From NCBI RefSeq assembly GCF_006345805.1, contig NC_043001.1, positions 10,540,001 through 10,604,000 of the forward strand: a stretch of DNA of 64,000 bases, in the 5' to 3' direction. The notes beneath the pieces were generated by a model, which saw only the letters and a program-made list of their open reading frames with translations, was not told the origin of the DNA and did not search any database. The stretch is from Octopus sinensis. Taxonomy: Eukaryota. Shown here piece after piece: positions 48,398 through 60,455 of the stretch. The position numbers and the translations under genes were made by a program. Each line of letters opens with the position of its first letter. Positions within the stretch are counted from its first letter, which is position 1.

Positions 48398-48985
48398 ATG
48401 ACTGGCACCCGGCAGATGCCAGGGCCCCTGGACTGGTGGTACATAAAAAGCACTATCCGAATCGTGGCCGATGCCAGCGCCGCTTCGACTGGCTTCCGTG
48501 CCGGTGGCACATAAAAAGCACAATCCGAATCGTGGCCGAAGCCAGTGCCGCCTCGACTGGCTTCCGTGCCGGTGGCACATAAAATGCACCAATCTGACCG
48601 TGGCCGTTGCCAGCCTCGCCTGGCACCTGTGCAGGTGGCACGTAAAAAGCACCCACTACACTCATGGAGTGGTTGGCGTTAAGAAGGGCATCCAGCTGTA
48701 GAAACATTGCCAGATAAGACCGGCGCCTGGTGCAGCCTTCTGGCTTCCCAGATCCCCGGTCGAACCGTCCAACCCATGCTAACATGGAGAACGGACGTTA
48801 AACGATGATAATGATGATAGATAAAAAGCACCCAGTACAGTGTAAAGTGGATGGCATTTGAGAGGGGTATCCAGTCCTAGAAACCATGCCAAAAGAGATG
48901 AGGCAGCCCTCTGGCCTGCTAGCTCCTGTCAAACGGTCTAACCCATGCCAGCATGGAAAACAGAAGTTAATCGATGATAATGATG
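48398..48985 (+). mobile_element. Two adjacent family C copies; the first has 3-4 internal subrepeats
   Basis: Tails at about 48800-48820 and 48970-48985. Confidence 0.8.
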
Positions 48986-49359
48986 ATATATGATATACCC
49001 ATACACACCCACACACTTCCATACTCTTTTGCAACCACTACCCATTGGCATTTCTTATTCTCCTATTGCCACTCACCCTGTGTCTTGAGGGTAAACTTCA
49101 ACACCTCATTTCAACTGCTTTCATGCTTCTCCACCTCCATTCTGTCCACACCCACCTTCTCTTCCACAATGTGAGCGGCTGTGTTGTTCTCCTACAGCAA
49201 GAAACCTGTTCTGTTCTGGACCTTTATCTAATACTTTAACCCCACCTAACCCCTCCACTCAAGCCCCATTCACTTGTCTTGCAAGCTACATAGCAACTCC
49301 ACTGGTGGTGGGGCCAGGTTAAAAAGCATCCTGTACAAACTGCAAAGTGAATGGCTTAA

Positions 49360-49833
49360 CCCTTTTGATACCAACCCAGCTGAAACCGCCTCTGGCTCTG
49401 TAGTACAAATGTCTTGTTTCCATAAGTTTTGAATTAAAATCTTCCACTAAACCTTAGTCACAATTTATGTTCCTAACACTAGCTTAATGATAACTAAGTT
49501 ATTTTACTAAATTCTTTGTTATATTTAAAATTTATTGAAAGAAACACAGAACATCTCAACAGAAATATGCTAACAAAAGGGTTTAAATATATAATAGAGA
49601 AACAATTCTTAACCCTTTCATTACCAACCCAACTGAATCCACCTCTAGTTCTGTTGTACAAATGTCTTGTTTCCATAAGTTCTGAATTAAAATCTTCCAC
49701 CAAACCTTAGTCACAATTTATGTTCCTAACACTAGCTGAATGATAACTAAGTTATTTTATTAAATTCTTTGTTATATTTAAATTAATTGAAAGAATCACA
49801 GAGCATCCCAAAATAAATACGGTAACAAAAGGG
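49360..49833. mobile_element. Two tandem piggyBac-type MITEs (49360-49581, 49613-49833), same family as 13732
   Basis: TTAA-CCCTTT...AAAGGG-TTAA ends; inserted in a family C-like element. Confidence 0.85.
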
Positions 49834-50213
49834 TTAAAGAAGAGCATCCAACTGCAGACAACATCCAAAGTAGATGTAGGAGCATGATGCTGTTTGCCTA
49901 AACATTTTTTTATCCAAAATCCTATTTTGATTTTCCAAAACGTGTGTGCCCCACCATAAATGAACACAGCACATAGCACACGCACATCATCATCATTTAA
50001 CATTCGCTCTCCTTGCTGGCATGGGTTGGTTGGTTTGACTGAGGGCTGGTAAGCCAGAAGGCTGCACCAGGCTCCAGTCTGATCTGGCAAAGTTTCTACA
50101 GCTGGATGCCCTTCCTAACGCCAACCACACATATGCTATTATGGTTTCACTTAGGCACAGTGATACCAAGAAGCAGTCATCAGAACTCAACATACCTATG
50201 ATTTAGCATGACT

Positions 50214-50956
50214 CAGTGGTTCTCAACCATTTCCTCCTTGGGGACCTCTTTGATTCCTCTTCTACTCGCAGGGACCCTCATAGCCAATCACTGTTTAAGA
50301 AACCCTATTATAGTTTTATAATTAGAAATTATTAGGAAATCTATTTAAAAAATTGTTAAAATATTTTGTGTATTTTAGCAGTATAACTAGTTTATGGCAC
50401 TGAAACTTCAAAAACAAAATCTTATATGGACCCCACAAATGATCAGTGGCCCTGGCAACAATCACGCTCAGATGGTGCTCTTAGTGCTCCACTAGCACGG
50501 AGGCCAGTCATGTGGTGCTGTCATCAAATTTGATTTTAATTTCACTTACCTCAACAGGTCTTCACAAGCAAAGTTTAGTGTCCAATGAAAGAAAGGTACA
50601 CATAAGTGGGCTGGTTACACCACTGGCATAGGCCACAGGTTATGGTCTCATTTGGCTTGCAGGGTCTTCTCAAGCACAGCATATTTCCAAAGGTCTCGGT
50701 CACTAGTCATTGCCTCAGTGAGGCCTAATGTTCAAAGGTTGTGCTTCACCACCTCATCCCAAGTCTTCCTGGGTCTATCTCTTCCACAGTTTCCCTCAAC
50801 CACTAGGGTGTGACACTTTTTCACACAGCTATCCTCATCCATTTGCACCACATGACCATACTAGCGCAGTCGTCTCTCTTGTGCACCACATCTGATGCTT
50901 CTTAGGTCCAACTTTTCTCTCAAGGCACCTACACTCTGTCGAGTTGAGAACCACCA
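50214..50956. mobile_element. hAT (Charlie-like) MITE interrupted by the RTE fragment
   Basis: CAGTGGTTCTCAAC at 50214 and GTTGAGAACCAC at 50943; no TSD recovered. Confidence 0.6.
50445..50942 (-). mobile_element. RTE LINE 3' fragment with RT C-terminal remnant
   Basis: Minus 50944-50648 reads TRQSVGALREKLDLRSIRCGAQERRLR*YGHVVQMDEDSCVKKCHTLVVEGNCGRDRPRKTWDEVVKHNL*TLGLTEAMTSDRDLWKYAVLEKTLQAK*, the RTE-type RLRWYGHV...GRPRKTW signature. Confidence 0.85.
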
Positions 50957-51419
50957 AAGTCAAGTGAATATACAGCATAATATCACTTAATGTCCGGCAA
51001 AAGAACAGCAGTTATGTAGTCACTTTCATTGGCTTACAGTTGTTTCTACTATTTGAAGCAGTGCATTCAGAGCTGAGTGCTTCCACGCTGCCATTTAAAT
51101 GGCTTCTTATAGTAGAAACAGCGGTAAGGTAAGTTATTGCATAATTCTTGTTCTTATAATTAGTAATAGGAAAGGAATCCAGCTGTAGAAAATTTGCCTT
51201 GATAAACTCTATCCAACTCATGTGAGCATGGAAAAGTGGATGTTAAAACAATGACAATGGTTATACACACACAAGACAACTCGAGGTCATCAGCGTAACT
51301 CTGGCTCATCACAGTGTACTCGAAGAATTTCACGTTTTTCCACTTTCTTTCTAGCCCCAAATGACTTATTTTTTTATATTTAGCACTATGTCTTTTTCCA
51401 ATTCTAAGTTAAGAGTCAA

Positions 51420-51612
51420 AACTATTGAAAAGGTTGCAAGACGCAACGAAAATTTTAGGAAAATAAAAATAAGAAAAAAGTGAAAATTTTACCAGTGAGT
51501 GTGTTACATAATAAGGCACAAAAAGAAAATGACTCTCCCCAGACACAACAGAATATGCTTCAACACAGGAACTCATATAAAGAATCTTGCAAGCCAAATC
51601 CAAAAACGAAAG
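51420..51612 (+). mobile_element. Family G copy
   Basis: High similarity to 15788-15975. Confidence 0.75.
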
Positions 51613-52304
51613 GTAAAAATAAAGCAACCCTTAAAACACAACTGATCTTTACACACTAAGACACAGAAACAGAATAACACCAATCAAATAACACCAGTGA
51701 AGTGCACAAACATCAGCGATCTGACTGTCACCTGTGCTATTGACAAGAGATGCTAGGTAGTTTTTTTACACCTACCAGGCTTGTTCGTATCACCCTGAGT
51801 TGCTGGATAAATTTTCTTTCCTTTAAGAATATTGTAGAACAGTAACTTTTCATAGATTGGGGTTTAAACCCAAAACGCTGTAGAAATTTATTGTTTCAAG
51901 AAAACATTGAATTTGAATTACTTTTAATTTTTACAATTGTAGATAACAAGTTGGGCTGTAACTTCAGGCACGTTTGAACGATATAGAAGAGAATGTCAGC
52001 TATGAATGATATTTTTTTTACACAGGGCACTTCTAAGACACCACCAGATGCTGAACAAAAATAAATGAACTGTAACTAGGCTCAATAAAAGGATCCCGAG
52101 TTATTAGCAGGGATCGCATACTTGAAGTCAGTGTTGGCAGAAATTAAATCAGCTTGCAAATACACGTTCACTTTAGCAAATTTATACTCGGGCTAAGCCC
52201 AAACAGCCCAAGTTCCGGAGTCACCACTGATACTGTGGTCGATGCCAGTACCATCTGACTGGCCTTCTGAGTGTTGACGTTAGGAAGGGCATCTAACTGT
52301 AGAC

Positions 52305-52580
52305 ATGATATACTTATTTCGTTTTTGGAAAAAATGAATAAGTAAATGAGTGGAAACTTTACCAGTGAGTGAGTTAAATTATAAGGCACTAAAAAAGAAT
52401 GACTCTCCCCAGACGCAACAAAATCTGCTTCAACACACAAACTCACATAAAGAATCTTGCAAAACAAATTTAGAAAAAAAAAATTAAGAATAAGTAAATG
52501 AGTGGAAACTTTAACAGTGAGTGTGTCAAATAAGGCACTAAAAGAGAATGACCCTCCCCAAACACAACAAAGTATGTATG
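52305..52580 (+). mobile_element. Two partial tandem family G copies
   Basis: GTGGAAACTTTACCAGTGAG...GACTCTCCCCAGAC repeated. Confidence 0.65.
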
Positions 52581-53004
52581 TATGTGCAAGAGACGCAGGA
52601 TTAGGTAAAGATAGTCATTTGTGTATCATTGTTATTACATTGCAAAAGGTATATTTCCTGGTTGATTCATCAAGAGATGGCATCTCTTTTGGAGATGCTG
52701 TGTTTAAAACAAACTATTTCAGCTGATGAAAATCACAGCGAGAAGCTAGACATGCCTTTCTACCTTTTGTGCTTTGTCATGTACTCAAAGCCAATCACAT
52801 GCTAAGAGAAAATCTTTCACTATCAAAACAAGGAAATTAGTGACTGAACAACCAGTGATATTGCAATTAGCTGCCCAGGTGAATATAAAAAAAAAAAACA
52901 TCCATTATATGCAATAGAAGTGGATTTAGATTAAAGTAGCCATCTGTGTATCATACTTAATGCAAATCACATGATCGACCAGTCACAATGTACTTTACTT
53001 CAAT

Positions 53005-53230
53005 TTAGCTTTTAGATGAAGCCACCCTGCTAGCTAGGCAGTCAGGCCAACCTCCCCCCTGATCAGGAGGCTATTCCGTCACAGGATTATCTATTTACAG
53101 CTGACTGGACTAGAGCTACAGGAAATGAAGTGCCTTGCTCAAGAATGCAATGCACAACCAGTCTGGGAATTGAAACCACAGTCTCACAATCGTGAGTGAA
53201 ACACACCTAACTACCAGACCACACACCTTC
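53005..53230 (-). mobile_element. tRNA-headed SINE related to family E (partial relative at about 20895-21015)
   Basis: Head GTGAAGGTGTGTGGTCTGGTAGTT..., CTTGAGCAAGGCACTT core. Confidence 0.6.
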
Positions 53231-53390
53231 ACTGATAGAAATACTTAGTGAAAAAGAAGTCTTTATTGCAAGTTTTACCCGCCGCATGCACCATTCTGAA
53301 ATAACCTCTGCTTCACCAAAATACTGCAATGCCCCAATGGGGCAAGTATGTGGCTCCACTGGTACTGGACATCTCTCTAGCAAAACTGAC

Positions 53391-53715
53391 TTCATCAGGT
53401 GTCTTGGGGAAAGGTCGAACCTGGGTTCTTATCCCTAAGGTATTTTTCGATATTATTATTATTATTATTATTATTTAGGTCACTGCTTGGAACCAAACTC
53501 GGAATCTTGTGGTTAGTAGCCCGCATTCTTAACATATGGCATAGTGGTTAAGAGCATGCACCACTAACTCCAAGATTCTGAGTTCGATTCCAAGCAGTGA
53601 CCTGAATAGCAATAACAATAATAATAAGACACCTGATGAAGGCTGGAGGGTATAACAAATATCCGTCAAATGTAAATAATGTACATAATTCCTCATCTCT
53701 TAAATATAGAACTGT
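53391..53715. mobile_element. Family D locus 5: inverted partial arm plus internally deleted plus copy
   Basis: ttcatcaggtgtcttgggg...ttaac | atatggcatagtggttaagag...ctgatgaaggctggagggtata...gaactgta. Confidence 0.75.
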
Positions 53716-54080
53716 AACATCCATCAATGTCTTAATTTCCATCCATTCTCCGCTGTAATTCATTGTCTTTCTCCCCCATACAGTCATGCTCCACTCATCT
53801 TCCAAACCAGCCTTATTTCTCTTCTTTCAAAGAAGAGTTGTCGTCATCATCCTCAATTCTTCCTTGCTTGAAAAGGTCGGATGTAATTTGTTGAGCAGGT
53901 TTTCTATGGCGGGATATTCCTGTTGCCAATCACCATTCGTTTCAAAAGAATATATTTACCCCTGACCAAACATTTCACAGAAGACTGGCAATGAGTGACA
54001 CCACTTATAAGAAGGTGACACTCGTTTACATCTGTTGTGCAATCTCCAGATGAAGACGCACACACACACACACACAAATG

Positions 54081-54114
<34 letters not shown>

Positions 54115-54145
54115 TACCCATCCATACATGGTTATGTATTCTTTT

Positions 54146-54537
54146 CTTTAACTTGTTTCAGTCATTTGACTGTGGCCATACTGGAGCACTATCTTTAGTT
54201 GAGCAAATCGACCCCAGGACTTATTCTTTGTAAGCCTAGTACTTATTGTATCTGTCCCTTTTGCCAAACCACTAAATTACAGGGATGTAAACACACCGGC
54301 ATCAGTTGTCAAGTGATGTTGTGGGGAACGAACACAGATACACAAACATATATACACACACATACACATATATATATGATGGGCTTCTTTCAGTTTCCAT
54401 CTACCAAATTCACTCACAAGGCTTTGGTTGACCTGGGGCTATAGTAGAAGACACTTGCCCAAGGTTACATGCAGTGGGACTGAACCCGGAACTGTGTGGT
54501 TGGTAAGCAAGCTACTTACCACACAGCCATTCCAACG
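54146..54537 (-). mobile_element. Family B SINE (partial head duplication to about 54680)
   Basis: Similarity to the other B copies. Confidence 0.8.
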
Positions 54538-55774
54538 CCTTCCAGTTTCCATTTACCAATTCCACCCCATGGCCTGTGGGATGTAACAGAGGACATTTGT
54601 CCAAGGTGCCCACACAGGGGGTTGAACCCAAACCACATGACTGAGAAGCAAACCTCTCACCTACGCAGCCATTCCAGTGACTGAAGATTAAAATGATCAA
54701 TTAAATTAGCTCCCAGATATTGACTGGTGATTAATTTATTAATCTCAGAAAAATGAAAAAGCAAAATAGATTCTAGCAAGGTTTGAACTCAGACCATAAA
54801 AAGACATAATTAATTATCACCCAATTTAGCTGCATCCGGTATTATTTATTGCCCTTAACGAGTTTCATACAGAAATCAATAGATTAGTCTTCTATTGTAT
54901 AAATAATGGATTTCATTATTTATAATCTATTATTGTTGCATTATTTGATGAGAAACTAGATTGATATTTCTTGATTTGTCAGAACTTATAAATAATTTGG
55001 TTGAGTCATTAGTAAGAAGAAAAAGAAAAGATCACGTCTCTTCATCCCAAATGGCTTCTTCTGATTCATTAAATGTTTATCAAGAAATTAACATCGTTAA
55101 TAAATTACCTTTATCTAGAAATATTCCTATCAATAAACGATCTTTGCTTACTCACAAGAGTTTTAACTTAGAGAAATGGAAGATATTTGCAATTATCGTT
55201 ATCTTCCTTTTCTCCGTCTGACATATGTTCCCACCAAATAATTAGGAAAGGCAATGTTGAGGTGTAGGCAGGCAGGCATGGCAACGGCAGTGGGGAGCAG
55301 GGTTTGAGAAATTTGCTTCCCAACCACATGGTTCCTGGTTCAATCATATCGCACGGCACCTTGGGCAAGGGCCTTCTACTATGGCCTCAGGCTGGACAAA
55401 ACTTTGTGAGTGGATTTGGTAGATGGAAACTGTTTACGACACTGCTTGTATGACAGTGACACTTGTTTACGACTATTACACAATGTCAAGGCAAAGGGAC
55501 AGACAGACAAACAGACACTAACATGCATGTGTCTTGATGTCTCCATCTTGACAGTATGAGAGATGGTCACAGTCATAGAGGCAGCGTCATTCATTTCTGA
55601 TATTCTAGAAAAAACCCCCCAAAAAAACATGTCTAGCCATGGTAAAAATCTTATCTTCATTTCGAAAGAGGTGAGGGTTGGTGACAGGAAAGGCACCTGA
55701 CTGTCAACGATCTTCCTCAATAGACTCTGTTCAAGCTATGATAGCATGGAAAAGTAAGCATGACAAGGACGAGG

Positions 55775-55965
55775 ATGAGAATGATGGATGACGATCATGA
55801 TGAGGATGATGATGAGAATGATGAGGATGATGAAGATGATGATGAAGATGATGATGAGGATGATGATGACGAAGATGATGACGAGGATGATGACGAAGAT
55901 GATGACGAAGATGATGACAAAGATGATGACGAGGATGATGACAAGGATGATGATGACGAGGATCA
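55775..55965. repeat. (GAT/GAC/GAG)n trinucleotide array
   Basis: Directly visible; follows a family C-like tail. Confidence 0.95.
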
Positions 55966-56689
55966 TGAATTTATTCTCATGTATATCTTTCTTCATTTAA
56001 TAACAATATCAGATACTTCAGAGATTTAAAAAGCATTTTTATGCTGTTATTTTCGCCAGCTATAAACCATAGCTTATGTTCAGGCTCACCACACGAGAAC
56101 TGAAATACGTTACACAAATAGGGAAATGAAATAGAATTATGCTTATGTTAAACGAAACCTAGAATCAAGAGATTCTAACCTTTTGATACCAACCAATGCA
56201 GATCCCAACCCTTTGGTTCTATGATACAAATTTCCTGTTTTAAAGCCATCCTTCCAACAAAATTTGTTAATTTATATTCCAAACACTATATTGATAACAA
56301 GAGCTATTTTAATAAATTCTTTATTATATTTGAAAAATGGAAAGAGAGGATTAACGCAAACCTAACAATGACAAAAGTTTTCGCAGGAAAGAAGAGAGAA
56401 CACTACAGCTCTCTCTGCTACCAGGAGTCCACTGCCATAGAAGTGGCCAAATTCAATAAGCAGAAAAAGTATTGGATATGAGTTCTGTGCAAAGTGTAGT
56501 GAATGTAAATCTCTCTATACATAAAGCTGAAGTTGTCTGTGTATGGCAGGTTTGGTAGCCTTCAACTAACACTATCTCCTCTGAGACCCTGTGGCGCAAG
56601 TTGACCAAAATTGAAAGTATGATAGAAGAAGGCTTGCTCTTTATTCTGTAGAAGAAAGAATTCAAATCGGACCATGTTAACACCAAAAA

Positions 56690-56892
56690 TTATTTACATA
56701 AAAAAGGTGAGGTTTTTTCCTATGAAAATCCTGATTTTTTACTGCTGTGTCGCCATTTTTCGGTGTATTTCAACCAGAAAGATGTTCACTTAAAGAGAAT
56801 AACAAGCTACGTAATGCAACATTTTTACTTTTCAAAAATTCCAATTCTCAAGGGTCGAAACAAACCCGAGCAACACCGGGCAATACTGCTAG
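56690..56892 (+). mobile_element. Non-autonomous Helitron
   Basis: 3' hairpin CCCGAGCAACACCGGG about 11 nt before CTAG|T; 5' end degenerate. Confidence 0.7.
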
Positions 56893-57136
56893 TTATGGAT
56901 ACAAAAGAAGTGCCATGAGATAATAGATAGGCTGGCAGAGGGGAAGGAGATGGTACAAAGAAATATAGGCAGCAGTAGAGGAAGTTAGCAGCAAGATCAT
57001 CCATGAGATAAATTAGTTTCAAAAGAGTTGAAGGATCCCTGATTGTAGTTGCTAGTTTCTTTTACCCCTTTAGTATTAAAATTATTCTGTCAAATGTAAA
57101 GCTTATTTATTCACATTGTTTTGAATTTATCAGACA

Positions 57137-57523
57137 CTAGCAGTATCGCCCGGCGTTGCTCGGGTTTGTAAGGGAAATAACTATATAAGCATTTTTAGAG
57201 AGTTATAGCCAAAAAATAGCAAAAAAAATGCATTAAAAATGGAAAAAAAATTATGGTAAATTTTTTTTTAAATCGTTGACTCATCGTAGACATTTTTAGA
57301 GAGTTACTTCCCTTATATAATAGCGAAAAAATACATAAAAATGGAAAAAAATGATGGTAAATTATATTTAAAATCGTAGACTCATCATAGACGCACGCTA
57401 ATACCCAGAAGGGCTCGATATGAATCACGACTATAAGATACCTGCTTTTGGTTAAACTGTACCGCAAAATGTGGGAGTAGTTAGGAATCTAAATCGTAGG
57501 AGACAGACACACAACTTCACTTT

Positions 57524-57555
<32 letters not shown>

Positions 57556-58639
57556 TGTGTACAGTGCTCAGGTGCACTACAACTCATCTAAAGTGTATAT
57601 ATAATCAGGTGTAGTTCGGCGGATTTCGGAAAGCATGAGGGCCTTAAAAGATGCAGTGTCATGGCAGTCAACAACTGACGCAGGCAGTTTATTCCATGCT
57701 TCAGCAACTCTGAGCGTGAAAAAATGTTTCCGAAAGTCATGGGAGCTGTATTGTTTTCTGACTTTGTAGGCATGTCCACGTGTGTTAGACACATGGAGAT
57801 CAAAAAGGTGTTCAGTGTTGTTGTTGGTGAGGTGGTTGATAACTTTGTGGGTGTTTACCAAGTCCGTCGCCAAACGCCGGAGTTTCAGTGAATCCATGCC
57901 CAGGGAAACAAGGCGCTCAGAATATGGTAGGTGTCTGATGGAGGGTATGCGTTTGGTTGCACGTCTCTGGACAGATTCCAGGAGGTCAATGTTCTGTGCA
58001 AGATAGGGGTTCCAAACTGATGATGCGAATTCCAAGTGTGGTCGTACCATAGCTGTATACAGTTTTAAATAGATGGCTGGAGAGCGGCTAACAAAAGACC
58101 TGCTGAGTGATGCCAAGACACCCTCGGCCTTCCTGACAATCTTAGAGATATGCTTTGACCAACGCAAATCACTGCTGACAGTGATGCCTAGGTCACGCTC
58201 GCAAGAGGATTTCTTGATATCAGTGTTGTGGAGGGAGTATGTGAACGCAGGGTTTTTCTCCCAAAATGCATGGTGGTACACTTGTCCACAGCCAGTTTCA
58301 GTTGCCAGTCTGTGATCCATTGCTGCATTGTGTCTAGGTCTGATTGCAGGAAAGAGTTGTAGACATCAGGATCTGTCCTCTTGATTTCAAGGTACAGCTT
58401 GATGTCGTCTGCATATTTCAATACTGTGGCATTCTTTAAATTGGCATCTATGTCGTTAATGTATGCCACAAACAAGAGGGGACCAAGGACAGATCCCTGT
58501 GGTACACCCGATGACATCTCATATGGTGTAGAGTGCTGTCCTAGAACTGTGACTACCTCCTTTCGGCTGAGGATGAAGGATTTCAACCAGTTAAAAAGGT
58601 CATCCCCCACACCCATTGCAGAGAGTTTCACCATAAAGA
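57137..58639 (-). mobile_element. Non-autonomous Helitron (body 57137-57529) with the CR1/L2 LINE inserted in its first bases
   Basis: Minus strand A|TCTTT... start at 58639 and CCCGAGCAACGCCGGG hairpin + CTAG|T end at 57137; AT target, no TSD. Confidence 0.8.
57553..58634 (-). mobile_element. 5'-truncated CR1/L2-type LINE reverse transcriptase fragment with (ATT)n tail
   Basis: GVPQGSVLGPLLF and YADD motifs (ORF 58188..58634), one -1 frameshift in the T5 run 58253-58257, then RDLGI...VRPHLEFASSVWNPY...ESVQRRATKRIP...RGH...F...R...WNKLP (ORF 57577..58320); tail at 57529-57554. Confidence 0.95.
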
Positions 58640-58883
58640 TTATCTTGTAACTTTAAGATTCCAATGATATAATTGCATATTTTTGGAATGATATTGTAGG
58701 GTTGGTGTGAGAGGCCCGATCTAGCTGGTTTTAACACAAAACAGATGAAGTATTTGGGCTGGATAAGGAGGTGAGTTATTGAAAAGCATGAAGGCCAGAG
58801 TAAGAATCCAGAGGTAAAAGTTTCAGAGTCAGGGAACAATGGAATTCCTCTCTCTTAGACTGGAAGAGAAAAATTGAATATTA

Positions 58884-59235
58884 TCATCATCATCATCATT
58901 TAACGTCTGCTTTCCATGCTAGCGTGGGTTGGACAATTTGACTGAGGACTGGTGAACCAGATGGCTGCACCAGGCTACAATCTGATCTGGCAGAGTTTCT
59001 ACAGCTGGATGCCCTTCCTAACGCCAACCACTCCGAGAGTGTAGTAGGTGCTTTTACGTGCCACTGGCATGAGGGCCAGTCAGGTGGTACTGGAAATGAC
59101 CTCACTCGAATGTTTTTTCTCCATACCATCGGCACAAGTGCCAGTAAGGCGACGCTTGAATGGTACCTTTTACGTGCCACCGGTACAGAAGCCAGTTAGC
59201 CACTCTGGCAATGATCCCGCTTGGATGGTGCTAGC
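58884..59235 (-). mobile_element. Family C RTE 3' end
   Basis: (CAT)n tail at 58884 and the C motif set. Confidence 0.8.
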
Positions 59236-59509
59236 CTCCAGGCTTCAATGATGTGATTGTTTATTTTTAGAATGACATTGTAGAATAGGTATGAAAGGCC
59301 GAATCTGGCCGGTTTGAACATAAGACAGGTGGGATACTTGGGGCAGATTTGGCTGGGTCGAATGGTTAAAGGGTTAATAACAATAGATTTACATCAATAA
59401 ATTCTTTGTTATTTTCCAAATTAATTAAGAAAAAAAAGGAAAGCCTAGTGATTTCAACAACAGAGTAACAAAAGGGTTAAGTCCGTTTTACTGTTGTTCA
59501 GACGAGTGA

Positions 59510-59935
59510 CATCATCATCAACATCATCATCATCATCATCATCAACATCATCATCATCATCATCATCCTCACCACCAACATCACACTGGCTTCAACATGT
59601 GGACAACAGCAGCTTTTAAACTGAAATTGAGATGGTTTGTAGTCTGGAGAGCAAAGATGAATTAGGAAATGGAAGGTGAGGCCTTTGGTCGAGTCCTTTT
59701 ATCTTTGGTGAGGGGTGGGGGGATCAAGGTTGGAGCAAGTGACACGGATGCTGGGGAAGAGATCAGAGAATTGAGATTTCTATTGTTCATCATCATCACC
59801 ATCATCACAGTAGTCATCATCATCACCATCATCATCATTGTCATCATTATCATCCCAGTAGCTACCATCATCATTCCATCAGTCTTGTCATCCGGTTTGT
59901 CATCATTGCCAACCTCTATATCATCATCACTACTA
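59510..59935. repeat. (CAT)n-rich simple repeats (59510-59580, 59785-59935)
   Basis: Directly visible. Confidence 0.9.
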
Positions 59936-60074
59936 TCCTCCACTCCCTCTTTCTCTCTTTCCCACCTTCCTCTTCTTCCTTCTACTCACAAAGCCGAGTA
60001 TCTCTTTGATAGTAAGGGGCTACCTCTATCCCTGTATCATACTCTTATTGCTCAGTTCCACCACTTTTTGCAGC

Positions 60075-60194
60075 TGAGAGGCCCTTGCTTTGCGGGTTTG
60101 AGAGGCCCTTGTCTTGCGGGTTTGAGAGGCCCTTGTCTTGCAGGTTTGAGAGGCCCTTGTCTTGCGGGTTTGAGAGGCCCTTGTCTTGTGGGTT
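60075..60194. repeat. Minisatellite, 5 x 24 bp
   Basis: Unit TGAGAGGCCCTTGTCTTGCGGGTT, at most 2 differences per unit. Confidence 0.95.
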
Positions 60195-60242
60195 GGAGCA
60201 AATGAAAAGCAACTGTGCAGTTGCCACACAAGGAGCAATAGC

Positions 60243-60455
60243 GCTGGTGCCATGTAAAAAAAAAAAAAAGCACCCCATATACTCTGTAAAGTGGGCTGGT
60301 AATTAGGAAGGGCATCCAGCTGTAGAAACCATGCCAAAGCAAACCTCTGGCGCCTGGTGTAGCTCTCAGCCTTAGCAGCTCCTGTCAAACCGTCCAACCC
60401 ATGCCAGCATGGAAAACAGGCATTAGATGACGACAACGACGATGATGCTGATGAT
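60243..60455 (+). mobile_element. Family C RTE 3' end running into a CAT/CAC-rich simple repeat
   Basis: C motif set. Confidence 0.7.

Noticed and set aside
47307-48785. Cluster of 100-165-aa overlapping ORFs
   Set aside because: They arise from the GC-rich subrepeats of the RTE 3' UTR; similar ORFs recur at every family C copy.
52026-52064. Plus-strand acceptor followed by GTSKTPPDAEQK* and AATAAA
   Set aside because: It lies 17 kb beyond the gene's stop, is phase 0 with no supporting upstream exon, and is short enough to occur by chance.
55736-56029. Poly-Asp/Glu 89-aa ORF as an acidic protein
   Set aside because: Trinucleotide expansion attached to a retroelement (GAT)n tail; no splice context.
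59662-60436. 178-aa and 136-aa ORFs
   Set aside because: Composed of (CAT)n repeats, the 24-bp minisatellite and a family C copy.
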